From a virus (Duplodnaviria; Caudoviricetes), in the IMG/VR virus record IMGVR_UViG_2595698222_000001, positions 12,031 to 76,030 of that record: a stretch of DNA of 64,000 nt. One strand, 5' to 3'. Of this stretch, positions 10,716-20,585 are shown one piece after another (the stretch's first letter is position 1; every line of letters starts with the position of its first letter). The notes beneath the pieces are model-generated. The model had not been told where the DNA came from, did not search any database, and saw only the letters and a list, made by a program, of their open reading frames with translations. The translations under genes were made by a program, and so were the position numbers.

Positions 10716-11103
10716 AAAGTACTGGTCCGCCTATACGGACGCATGGAAACTAATGAAAAATCGTCAGATGGTCAAGCAGGAGCATGTGGCACAGATGATA
10801 AAGAAGCATGGGAATCCTGTCATGAGCCGGCTGTTTTGCCTGGTTGTCTGGCAGGAGATTAAGCGGATTAATTCCGGGGGGGCTCCTCTTCAGGACAAGC
10901 AGTATGAAGAATGTCTTACCGGAGCATGGAAGCTGTTTAAGCAGTACAGCGATCCGAATGATACAGAAGAATACTGGAATGGCCTGGTTGATATGATAGG
11001 AGCCATGTCCAAAGAATATGGTAATTGCAGCTTTATAAGTAATGTCCTGATCCATGTAACGCTAGAAGAACTTGAGCGGATTTGGAGATCTAAAAAGCAA
11101 TAA
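10693..11103 (+). CDS. phage hypothetical protein (internal duplication)
   Basis: two TxAWKL repeats; start position uncertain. Confidence 0.6.
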   Translation: MMEERDLRKYWSAYTDAWKLMKNRQMVKQEHVAQMIKKHGNPVMSRLFCLVVWQEIKRINSGGAPLQDKQYEECLTGAWKLFKQYSDPNDTEEYWNGLVDMIGAMSKEYGNCSFISNVLIHVTLEELERIWRSKKQ

Positions 11104-11161
11104 AAAGTGAAAGGAGCCGACCTCCTGCAGGGGTAACGCTATAGCGGGTCCTTTTGAGAAT

Positions 11162-12904
11162 ATGAGAGATTTATTAATAGATTGCTTTGCCGGAGGCGGT
11201 GGGGCAAGCGTTGGGATGGAAATGGCTTTGGGCCGTCCGGTTGATATTGCTATCAATCATAATCCACAAGCTATCAGGATGCACAGAACGAATCACCCTG
11301 ATACGCTTCATTTGACAGAGGATATCTTCAAGGTAGACCTGCAGAAATATGTAAAAGGCCGTCATGTAGCTTTAATGTGGGCCAGCCCAGACTGTACCAG
11401 TCATAGCAAGGCAAAAGGCGGTAAGCCGCGAGAGAAAGGGCTTAGAATTCTTCCATGGGCAGTATATAAACATGCGAAAGCAATTCTGCCTGATGTGATC
11501 CTGATGGAGAATGTTGAAGAGATCCAGCAGTGGGGACCCTTGGATAATGAGGGTTATCCAATAAAGGAGCGTAAGGGAGAGGATTATCAAAGGTTTATTA
11601 CAGCCATGAAGTCACTGGGTTACATATTTGATAGTCGGGAACTGATAGCAGCCGATTACGGAGCTCCCACCACAAGAAAAAGATGGTATGCAGTATTTCG
11701 GAGAGATGGAAAGCCGATTGTCTGGCCGGAACCGACTCATAACAAAAATGGTACTGATGGGTTAAAGAGATGGGAACCTATATGGAAATATCTTGAATTA
11801 ACGGATTTAGGAAAATCTATATTTGGCAGAAAGAAGCCACTGGCAGATAAGACGATGAACCGGATCGCCAGGGGATTGGATAAATTTGTTTTTAATTGCC
11901 CGGAACCGTTTATTGTTCAGGTGAATCATGGGGGAGATAACTTCCGGGGACAGAGCATACATGAGCCTATGCCTACCATAACGCAGAAGCATGGCTTTGG
12001 AACTGTGACACCGTACATTATGCAGATAGGGCAGACTGGATTTTGTACAGAACGCAATCGTTCAGTTGAAGATCCATTGAGTACAGTAGTTACAAACAAC
12101 GAACATTGCCTGATATCGCCAGTTATCACACCCTTCATAGAGAAGTCTTATGGAGGTAATTACAAAGGAGCGGGCAGTGGCATGGATGAGCCAGTACATA
12201 CTATCACTACGGTTGATCATAACCATGTTGTTGCACCACTTTTGATTCAGTATCATTCCGAAACATCAAAATCTGATGTGAGAGGGCAGTCAGTTGACGT
12301 ACCGATAATGACACTGGATACCAGTAACCGTTATGGCTTGGTGGCGGCTTTCCTTACAAAATTCTATAAAACGGGAATAGGTCAGCCTTTATGGGAACCG
12401 ATACATACAATCACAACCAGTCCTGGGCATTTTGGACAAGTCAGTATTCTTGCAATCAGCAAGGAAGAACTGTTGAAGAATGGTGTTGATGAAGAAACAG
12501 CACAGAAATGCACTTGGGTAAGCCAGTTTATCATTAAGTACTACGGTGGTGATGTGTCTGGTGTAAGTTTGGAAGAACCACTTCATACTATTGTGACAAA
12601 AGACAGATTTGCTTTGGTTACGGTCCTTGGTAGTGAATATGTGATTCTGGATATCTTTCTACGTATGTTGAAGGCCGAACCAGAATTGAAATTGGGACAG
12701 GGATTCCCAGAGGATTATATTATTGACCATGATTACGAAGGGAAAAAGTACCCAGTATCTGAACAGGTGGCCCGTATTGGAAACAGCGTTGTTCCCATCG
12801 TGGCTAAAGCGTTGGTTGTGGCGAATTGCTCATATCTGAAAATCGGAGAGCGAATGCCAAACATGAGGATTGATGATAGCCAGGAGCAGCTTAGATTTGC
12901 CTGA
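11162..12904 (+). CDS. DNA cytosine-C5 methyltransferase with long repeated variable region
   Basis: FAGGGG, SPDC, ENV, R.RWY, RIGNSV; repeated PxxTITT units. Confidence 0.9.
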   Translation: MRDLLIDCFAGGGGASVGMEMALGRPVDIAINHNPQAIRMHRTNHPDTLHLTEDIFKVDLQKYVKGRHVALMWASPDCTSHSKAKGGKPREKGLRILPWAVYKHAKAILPDVILMENVEEIQQWGPLDNEGYPIKERKGEDYQRFITAMKSLGYIFDSRELIAADYGAPTTRKRWYAVFRRDGKPIVWPEPTHNKNGTDGLKRWEPIWKYLELTDLGKSIFGRKKPLADKTMNRIARGLDKFVFNCPEPFIVQVNHGGDNFRGQSIHEPMPTITQKHGFGTVTPYIMQIGQTGFCTERNRSVEDPLSTVVTNNEHCLISPVITPFIEKSYGGNYKGAGSGMDEPVHTITTVDHNHVVAPLLIQYHSETSKSDVRGQSVDVPIMTLDTSNRYGLVAAFLTKFYKTGIGQPLWEPIHTITTSPGHFGQVSILAISKEELLKNGVDEETAQKCTWVSQFIIKYYGGDVSGVSLEEPLHTIVTKDRFALVTVLGSEYVILDIFLRMLKAEPELKLGQGFPEDYIIDHDYEGKKYPVSEQVARIGNSVVPIVAKALVVANCSYLKIGERMPNMRIDDSQEQLRFA

Positions 12905-13000
12905 TATAACGTAGAATTAAAGATTTATTGTTCCTTGATAATTGAATATTGATAGTTGGAATGGTATAATTCCTTTATCACTAAAGATGGGGGGAGTATT

Positions 13001-13504
13001 ATGGATTGGAATATATTTTGGGCGGCATTTGGTGCAATAGGGACTACTTTAGGTTCTTTGATAACAGCAAGTGCTGTAGTTATTGCAGTTAAACAGTATA
13101 AGCAACCTTTGATGAAGATTGTAAAAGTAGTGGTGACTTCGGCTGCTATAGTTGATAATTCAGGAAATTATTTAATGTTTTATTGTATAAGCATAAAGAA
13201 TAGAGGTATAAGAACAGTACAAATTAACTCTATAAATATCAAGGGGAATAAGAAAGTGTTGTGGTTAAATAGTACTCAATTTGAATCAGATACTAAAATA
13301 AATCTTCCGGTAAAAATCGAGCCAGAAGAAATCATAGACTTTTTGATTGAAGTGGAAAAATTTAGATTGGAGATAAAAAAAGCTGTTACAAATAAGGTAA
13401 TCAGGAAGAGGGGTAAATTAGTGGTTTTTGTAACAGATTCTCTTGGCGATAAGTATTATTGTAAAACAAATATTAAAATTGCAAGCTTAATAAATTCTCT
13501 TTAA
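13001..13504 (+). CDS. membrane-anchored hypothetical protein (moron)
   Basis: N-terminal hydrophobic helix, low GC, own sigmaA-type promoter and terminator. Confidence 0.7.
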   Translation: MDWNIFWAAFGAIGTTLGSLITASAVVIAVKQYKQPLMKIVKVVVTSAAIVDNSGNYLMFYCISIKNRGIRTVQINSINIKGNKKVLWLNSTQFESDTKINLPVKIEPEEIIDFLIEVEKFRLEIKKAVTNKVIRKRGKLVVFVTDSLGDKYYCKTNIKIASLINSL

Positions 13505-13608
13505 TGTTTGTAACCAACTATCAATATTCGGTAGTTGGTTTTTTGTTGCAAAAAATGAAAGGAGGCTGGAGCTCCTGCAGGGCAAAGTCATGACGGCTCC
13601 TTTCAAAA

Positions 13609-14662
13609 ATGTTTATAAAAGAAGATGATTTGAAACTTAATGAGTGGCAATTTTCACAGCGAAAATATTTGCCATGGGAAACAAAATTGCAACTGACGAA
13701 GACCAGAATACAGGAGTGGTATGATAACTGGGGTGGTCAAGTATATCTCAGTTATTCCGGTGGATTGGATAGTACTGTATTGCTTCATCTGATCCGCAAG
13801 ACTATAGGTGATGATATGCCGGCAGTGTTCTCAAATACAGGCTTGGAGTTCCCCGAAATTGTTCGATTTGCAAGGAAGGCACCTGGAACTTTTAAGGAGA
13901 TAGAACCACGTAATAAAGATGGTAAACGCATCACATACAGGGACGTTATTTTGAGCGAAGGATATCCTCTTGTAAGCAAAGAAACTGCTATGAAAATCAG
14001 GAAGTTACGGCACGGGAATTTATCAGATAGATACCGGAATTACTTGCTGAATGGTGATGAAAGGGGCTCTTTTGGAGTTCTTCCGAAAAAATGGAGATGC
14101 CTCCTGAACGCACCTTTTGATACCTCTGAAAAATGTTGTGATGTGATGAAAAAGAAACCATTCATTAAGTATACAAAAGAAACTGGCCGGGTTCCGTTCA
14201 TTGGAACAACGCAAGACGAGGGATTTGTGAGAGCGCGTCTTTATTCACATACAGGTTGTAATGTGTATGATGGTAAGACAATCAAACCAGCCTATGGGGT
14301 TTTGGACAAAGCAAGACGTATTACGGTATGTCGTTGAGAATGATTTGGAAATATGCTCCGTATACGGTGACATTAAGCAATCTCCCCGTGGCAAATATTA
14401 TCTCACTGGGGAGCAACGGACTGGCTGCATGTTCTGCGCATTTGGAGCCCATTTAGAACCAGAACCTAACCGCTTTCAGCGAATGTCAATTACGCACCCA
14501 GGATATTATCGTTTATGTTTTAAGCCATTGGAGAGCGGCGGACTAGGAATGAGCGTACCGTTGGACTACCTTGGAATCCCGTATGAAACCTGGGAATCAG
14601 TGGGACAGATGAATTTGGCTGACTACCTGAATGAAGAAAGGAATGGACTATGTGGAAAATAA
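13609..14662 (+). pseudogene. PAPS-reductase-family protein, frameshifted near 14285
   Basis: SYSGGLDS PP-loop in ORF 13609-14337; QPMGFWT...RTGCMFC C-terminus in another frame (14261-14662). Confidence 0.75.
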
Positions 14663-14862
14663 AAATTGTTTACAGTGATAAAAGTAAATGCACGTTAACA
14701 GGGAAACACAAGGAAATTCCATTAGAACTGGCACGCCATTACTATAACCAGTATGCGGCAGGGAAGAAGTGTAAAGTTACATACCAGCAATATCCTAAAA
14801 AGGATTTTGCAGAAACGGACTTGTATGAGAAGATTGTGGAACTGGAATCCAGTGAGGAATAG
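14650..14862 (+). CDS. phage hypothetical protein
   Basis: 70-aa ORF with RBS. Confidence 0.6.
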   Translation: MWKIKIVYSDKSKCTLTGKHKEIPLELARHYYNQYAAGKKCKVTYQQYPKKDFAETDLYEKIVELESSEE

Positions 14863-15206
14863 CTGAAAGTGCTTGGGGGGACCGGCAAGGTTTCCCCTGC
14901 CGGTATGAGTATGAAAAAGCTATGCATCTAAAAATCCAACATTCTTAGGAGCACGTTTGTATTATAGCAGATATGAATCAGTTTAGCAGATGTAAAATTT
15001 TACCATTTTCAATTAAAGACAAGAAATAGCCGGGGCATAGACCCCGGTAAAAAAACAACTCTAAAAGAACATACATTCGAATGGTGGATAATAAACAAGC
15101 GGCAGAGTCACCGACCAAAGTTTTTCTACCGCTTCACGCTTAAGGATATTATAAATCAAACTGTCTCCTTAAGCAACTAATTTTTTAGTAAAGGAGATTA
15201 CATATT

Positions 15207-16244
15207 GTGAATGGACAAACTGTTAAAGCACAGGTTATTAATAATATCATTGTTGCCATGGCAGGGCATGTGGCGAAAGAAGTTTTAGACATTCTTCATC
15301 AGGTGGTCATAAAGGAATTTGTTAATGTCAATATGGAGGAGATTACAACTCTTCCGGTAGAATATCAGAATGATATGGATCAAAAAAACAAATACATTAT
15401 TCAGCTTTTCATTGTTAAGAAGAAAATCAAAGATAATACAAAGGAAGCTTACCTTGGTGCGGTAAAACGACTAATTACCCTGATTGATAAGCCATTGGAT
15501 AAAATTGAGGAATCAGATATCAGTTTTTATCTTTCCTGGTATGAGAAGCGAAATGTTAATGTAGGCGGGAAAAAGAATCAAGCAGTGACAGTGAATAATG
15601 AAAGACGGTTCTTATCTGCTTTCTTCACTTGGATGCGGAAGGAAAAGTTAATAGGTGAAAACCCGGTGGAAGCTACTGATCCGCTGAAAACGGTTCGGAA
15701 ACCGATTGATTATTTCAAGCCAGAAGAGATGGCGAAGATGAGAGATGCTTGTAAGAAACCAAGGGAGCGCGCCTTAATAGAAGTGCTACGGAGCACCGGT
15801 GCCAGAGTCGGAGAGCTGGTCGAAATTACTATTGATCAGATAGATTGGAGGACTGGAGATATTGTAATTCTGGGAGAGAAGAATGACAAGTATCAGCCCA
15901 TCTTCTTAGATGACGAAGCTCGATATTATTACCGGCAGTATCTTGACTCCAGGAGTGATGATAGTCCGTTTATGTTTCCTCACTGTAGGGAACCTTATGA
16001 AAAGCTGTCAACTTCCGGTATCCGGAGCATCTTAAAAACCATTGGTAACCGGGCCAAATTGAAATGCCGGGTATACCCTCATAAAATGCGTAAGACACTG
16101 GGAATGAGTCTTAAAAATAAGGGTGTGGACATTGGTACTATTCAGGAGATTTTGAGGCATTCCAGTCCGTCGGTGACAGCTATTTATTATGCTCAGTCAA
16201 CACCGGATACATTAAGAAACGTGAGGGAGAGATGTTCAGCATGA
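15207..16244 (+). CDS. tyrosine recombinase (XerC/D-like)
   Basis: STGARVGEL (R), HKMR (HxxR), LRH (H), TAIYY (Y); SAM-like N-terminal region; only recombinase in window. Confidence 0.9.
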   Translation: MNGQTVKAQVINNIIVAMAGHVAKEVLDILHQVVIKEFVNVNMEEITTLPVEYQNDMDQKNKYIIQLFIVKKKIKDNTKEAYLGAVKRLITLIDKPLDKIEESDISFYLSWYEKRNVNVGGKKNQAVTVNNERRFLSAFFTWMRKEKLIGENPVEATDPLKTVRKPIDYFKPEEMAKMRDACKKPRERALIEVLRSTGARVGELVEITIDQIDWRTGDIVILGEKNDKYQPIFLDDEARYYYRQYLDSRSDDSPFMFPHCREPYEKLSTSGIRSILKTIGNRAKLKCRVYPHKMRKTLGMSLKNKGVDIGTIQEILRHSSPSVTAIYYAQSTPDTLRNVRERCSA

Positions 16245-16603
16245 TGAAAAAAACGGTCAAGGAACAATTAAAGAGTTTGGTAGCGCTTAATGCTGCAATC
16301 TCTGAGGCTGGAGAAGAAATACAAGCTATTCAAAAGGAAATTAATACATATGGGTATGATGAAAAATATTCCTCTGCTTTAAATGATCTGAAGCAGAAAA
16401 CCATCTACCACCGATATCTAAAAGTAAAAAATTATATAAATTTATATGATAAAATAGAAGCTCTGGAAGACGAGCAGGAAAAACGCTTGTTGAGATACCG
16501 GTATTTACGAGGCTGGCGTTGGGAGGCTATTGCTGATAAAATGGGATATTCACTTAGGCAAACTTTTAATATACATAAGAAAGCTCTCCAAAACATTGAA
16601 TAG
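16241..16603 (+). CDS. ArpU/RinA-like transcriptional activator
   Basis: LLRYRYL.G..WEAIADKMGYS sigma4-like HTH. Confidence 0.75.
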   Translation: MMKKTVKEQLKSLVALNAAISEAGEEIQAIQKEINTYGYDEKYSSALNDLKQKTIYHRYLKVKNYINLYDKIEALEDEQEKRLLRYRYLRGWRWEAIADKMGYSLRQTFNIHKKALQNIE

Positions 16604-16711
16604 TATTTGTGCATAGAAGTGCAGTTATAATTTATGATATGCTGACCTTAGAAATTAAAAGGAAAGGAGGCGAAGTTTTCCGGATAAAAGCTGCAGCGAC
16701 TTCTTTCTACA

Positions 16712-17734
16712 ATGAGTTTAACTTTTTTGGACTTTTTTGCGGGCATTGGAGGATTTCGTAGAGGTATGGAATTGGCAGGTCATAAATGTATTGGTTTCTG
16801 TGAATGGGATAAGTTCGCAGTCATGAGCTACACTTCAATGCATTTGATTACAGAAGATCAAAGGCAGCTCCTTCTTCAACTTCCAATAAAACATAGGCAA
16901 AAAGAAATTTTAAAGGAGGAATATCGGAATGGAGAATGGTATGCAAATGACATCAGAACAGTTAATGTCAGAGACCTGCCAAAAGCAGATGTATGGTGTT
17001 TTGGATTTCCCTGCCAAGACATATCTATCGCCGGGAAAAGACTCGGATTCGCTGGAAAGCGTTCAAGTCTGTTTTTCACAGTTACAGGACTTATTAAAGA
17101 CCTTGAAGAAAAAGATAAACCCTCAATGTTATTTATTGAGAACGTTAAAAACTTACTTAGTGTTAATCGAGGACTTGACTTTGCCAAACTTCTCATTGAG
17201 TTGGATGAAATCGGCTACGATGTCGAATGGCAAGTTCTCAATACAAAAGACTTCGGAATTCCACAAAGCCGAGAAAGAGTGTTCATTATTGGATTTCTTA
17301 GAGGAAGAAGCAGAAGAGAAGTATTACCTGTCAGAGGATCAGGTTGCAAAAATAATTTTCCATTATTAAAGCCTAAGAAGTATGGGGACGGCATATTAAT
17401 ACGGGATGTAAATAAAAAAGGTTATTCTTTAGCCGAAGTGGGAGATAGTATAAGTCTTGCTTTTCTTAACAGTAAAACAAAGCGTGGCAGGGTAGGAAAG
17501 GGAAAGGTCCATACATTAACAACTGCATGTAATCAGGCAGTTGTATGTGAAAAGGATAGGACCCCAAAGATTCGAAAACTAACCCCTCGTGAATGTTTTC
17601 GCCTACAAGGTTGGACAGATTATTATTTCGATAAAGCAGCGATAGTTAATAGTGATAACCAACTGTACAAACAGGCTGGTAATGGAGTGACAGTGAAGGT
17701 AATACAGAACATAGCTACTAAATTTCATCATTAA
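16712..17734 (+). CDS. DNA cytosine-C5 methyltransferase
   Basis: FAGIGG, GFPCQD, ENV, PQSRER, LTPRECFRLQG, AGNGV. Confidence 0.92.
   Translation: MSLTFLDFFAGIGGFRRGMELAGHKCIGFCEWDKFAVMSYTSMHLITEDQRQLLLQLPIKHRQKEILKEEYRNGEWYANDIRTVNVRDLPKADVWCFGFPCQDISIAGKRLGFAGKRSSLFFTVTGLIKDLEEKDKPSMLFIENVKNLLSVNRGLDFAKLLIELDEIGYDVEWQVLNTKDFGIPQSRERVFIIGFLRGRSRREVLPVRGSGCKNNFPLLKPKKYGDGILIRDVNKKGYSLAEVGDSISLAFLNSKTKRGRVGKGKVHTLTTACNQAVVCEKDRTPKIRKLTPRECFRLQGWTDYYFDKAAIVNSDNQLYKQAGNGVTVKVIQNIATKFHH
16929..17369 (+). CDS. nested out-of-frame ORF within the C5 methylase (EcoHK31I-beta-like)
   Basis: AAGGAGG RBS 9 nt upstream; ends CSLLDFLEEEAEEKYYLS. Confidence 0.55.
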   Translation: MENGMQMTSEQLMSETCQKQMYGVLDFPAKTYLSPGKDSDSLESVQVCFSQLQDLLKTLKKKINPQCYLLRTLKTYLVLIEDLTLPNFSLSWMKSATMSNGKFSIQKTSEFHKAEKECSLLDFLEEEAEEKYYLSEDQVAKIIFHY

Positions 17735-17791
17735 TAGTATTTCTAAAAATTGTTCTATTGAGATTCTCCAAAACAAGAGGAGGTTTTGTAT

Positions 17792-18547
17792 ATGAATAGT
17801 TTTATTAGCTGGATAGGTGGAAAAAAGTTATTAAGAAAGCAGATTTTAGAGCAGTTTCCGGATCAGACTTCCTATGGACGTTATATTGAAGTTTTTGGAG
17901 GAGCTGGTTGGGTATTATTTTCAAGAGATAAACATGCTCCGTTGGAAGTCTTCAACGATTTGAACGGAGAATTGATCAATTTATACCGGGTGGTAAAATA
18001 TCACCCGGAACCGCTGCAGAAGGAATTGGAATGGCTGCTTATGTCCCGGGAACAGTTCTTTGATGAGTTGAACCGTAATATCAGAGGTATGACCGACATA
18101 CAACGAGCCGCCCGGTTCTTCTGCCTGATCAGGGAGAGTTTTGGTACAGATTGTAAATCTTTTAGAGTAAGTCCGAGAGATATGCAGAAAGCAGTTGATT
18201 ATCTAAAGGAAGTTTCTGGACGATTAAATCGAGTGGTAATTGAGAACCAGGACTTTGAACGGCTGATTAAAACGTATGATAGGCCAGACGCATTATTCTA
18301 TCTGGACCCTCCATATTACGAAGCAGAGAAGTATTATCCGGACCGGTTCAATCCGGAGGATCATGAAAGGCTGTGTAAATGCCTGAGCAATTTAAAGGGA
18401 AGATTCGTTTTATCTTATAACGATTGCCAGCAGATACGTGATTTGTATGAGGGATATACAAGCATTGAAGTTGACAGAATGGACAATTTAGCGAACAAGG
18501 ATAGGAGTAGGAGATACAAGGAGTTAATCATAAAGAATTTCGAATAA
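17792..18547 (+). CDS. Dam-like N6-adenine DNA methyltransferase
   Basis: WIGGK, EVFGGAG, DPPY motifs. Confidence 0.9.
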   Translation: MNSFISWIGGKKLLRKQILEQFPDQTSYGRYIEVFGGAGWVLFSRDKHAPLEVFNDLNGELINLYRVVKYHPEPLQKELEWLLMSREQFFDELNRNIRGMTDIQRAARFFCLIRESFGTDCKSFRVSPRDMQKAVDYLKEVSGRLNRVVIENQDFERLIKTYDRPDALFYLDPPYYEAEKYYPDRFNPEDHERLCKCLSNLKGRFVLSYNDCQQIRDLYEGYTSIEVDRMDNLANKDRSRRYKELIIKNFE

Positions 18548-19079
18548 GGTAAATGATTTTGATCCCCCCGGGTATGCAGAAGTAAATCTGGTATTTTGAA
18601 AATGGAATTCGTAAAATTATTGCTGAAAATCCGAATCAGATTTGAGAGAGATTCCAACTTAGGAGGCCCAGGTGTTTGAAAAACAATCCCCCCGGGTGGG
18701 CGTATTGTAATCTAAGAAATCCGTTTTGAGATTGTGAAATTTTCTATTGAAAGTTCACCTTAAGGTTGTAAAGATTTCCGTTTGAAATCCGCTTCAGATA
18801 ATTGCTTTATTTTTAAAGATTTCAGATTAACCCTGTAAGCGTTTACTGCATGACTTAATCCCAAGCCAAGGCTATATATTTCCACCGTAGACGGCATTAA
18901 AGCAACACATAGCCAACTAACCGCATTGAGAGGGGCAAGCCCATATAAAGGCTATTTGTTGCCATGATAGCATATGCCGGCAGAGACTTCAATGGAAAAA
19001 TCAGAAAGCCGCCAGAACCACCAGAGCGGCGGCCCGCGTTGCGTAGCTCTATCTAACATAAGCTTGTACCTCCTCACTT

Positions 19080-19615
19080 TGATTTTTGCATACCTCAAGC
19101 CGCGCCCGTCCACGTCCTGCCCCGTGGCTTTGTAGGGCGTAGCCTGATCATATGCGGGGTGCTATCGTGCAACCGTTTAAACGCCGGATTACGTCACCGA
19201 GGCGGTGGGTGGTTAATGAGTTACCGGCTTGCGGCAGACTGTAAGCAGGTACATGTCTTTAGCAAGTGCTTTGCGGCCTGATTTCGGGTGGCCGGTCCGT
19301 TGCCCTGTCATTGTAATATGTCCAGGCTTGACACAGCGCAAGCACAATTATAACGGCATTGCTTGTCTTGAGCCGGGGGCGCTTCGTTGCCACCTGAAAC
19401 TCTTTTTGTCCCGTTTGCTGCAGCTGGGCACGGCTTAAATGTAACAGCAACCCGATAATGGATTTTGGACGGATCCTGCGAACCGGTAAAGCACTTGCAA
19501 GGCCTTATACATGGGTGGAAGCCTTGAAAGGTTTTAATCCCATATATGGGAAGATTCCGCTTGTAGGTCGTAAGCCTGCCGCCGATCAGAGCCGGGAAGC
19601 GGAAAGGAAGTTTAA
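19080..19615 (-). ncRNA. candidate large structured ncRNA
   Basis: GC-rich, no convincing ORF, nested long-range inverted repeats; boundaries approximate. Confidence 0.4.
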
Positions 19616-19621
19616 CATTGT

Positions 19622-19972
19622 CTATGCTATATGGTCTAAATAATATTTTTCACATTCTTCAAAAGTGATTTCATGGCGAATACGCTTTAAAAACATATCA
19701 AGTGGCAGGGAATCAAGTACTGTCTCCATCTTAGCGGTGGAGTTTCTTTTTTGCCAATCTTCGATAAAATTTGCTCGCATTGTATCAGATTCATGTTCAA
19801 TTCTTAAAAGGGCTTGTCCTGGTATGCTCTCTGGCTTAACATACCATGTAATATTGCCGCCGTTGGAAATGTGTGCTATATGTTTATTGTCTCCATTGAC
19901 CTCCTTTGCGCTGTTCGCTACTGTCAGGCCATTTCCAAGGTATCCCATCCATAAAGTGAAATTACTCTTCAA
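19622..19972 (-). CDS. phage hypothetical protein
   Basis: 116-aa ORF in leftward operon. Confidence 0.6.
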   Translation of the reverse strand: MKSNFTLWMGYLGNGLTVANSAKEVNGDNKHIAHISNGGNITWYVKPESIPGQALLRIEHESDTMRANFIEDWQKRNSTAKMETVLDSLPLDMFLKRIRHEITFEECEKYYLDHIA

Positions 19973-20079
19973 TTTGTTGCCTTTCTCTCCTTGTCCCTGG
20001 AGGTAGGGAAATAAAAGAACGGCGGCGGACTGAACCGCCCACGGCTAAACCGTAACCGCCTGAATTGGATTTACTGGAA

Positions 20080-20514
20080 TCACTGAACCATGCTTTTAAT
20101 AAAATCATCTATGCTGTGGATCGTGGTGAAATAATTTGCTGGGAAGTGCTGATCTACTAACTTTTTCAGTGCTGATATTGCGCCTTTCAAGGTCTTGTAT
20201 GGTTTGTATAAAGTCCAATAGTCTTGATAATCATTTAATACCTCGGAAAAGTAAAAATCCTTTTGCATTATCACATATTGTCCGTCTTGGGATTTTACCA
20301 TGTAACTATTCTTTATTTCCTCTTCTCTTTCTTTAAGCATAGTCCGATCGCTTTCCTCTTCAACAATTTCAACAGAATTGCATCTCTGGAGGTTGTCAGA
20401 CACAACTCCGATGTTAAAGATCTCCCCTACATAGTAGGCGGTGGCTTCCTGAATGGTCCCGTTAAAGCGTGTTGTTATGCTGTCCCCGTTTTCATAATTT
20501 ACTTTTACTGTCAT
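20080..20514 (-). CDS. phage hypothetical protein
   Basis: 144-aa ORF with AGGAGG RBS. Confidence 0.7.
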   Translation of the reverse strand: MTVKVNYENGDSITTRFNGTIQEATAYYVGEIFNIGVVSDNLQRCNSVEIVEEESDRTMLKEREEEIKNSYMVKSQDGQYVIMQKDFYFSEVLNDYQDYWTLYKPYKTLKGAISALKKLVDQHFPANYFTTIHSIDDFIKSMVQ

Positions 20515-20585
20515 GATGTTATCCTCCTAAAACTTGATAATCCGGCGGTTGCTTTGACGCTACGGCTTGACCGCCGCCGGCTTAA

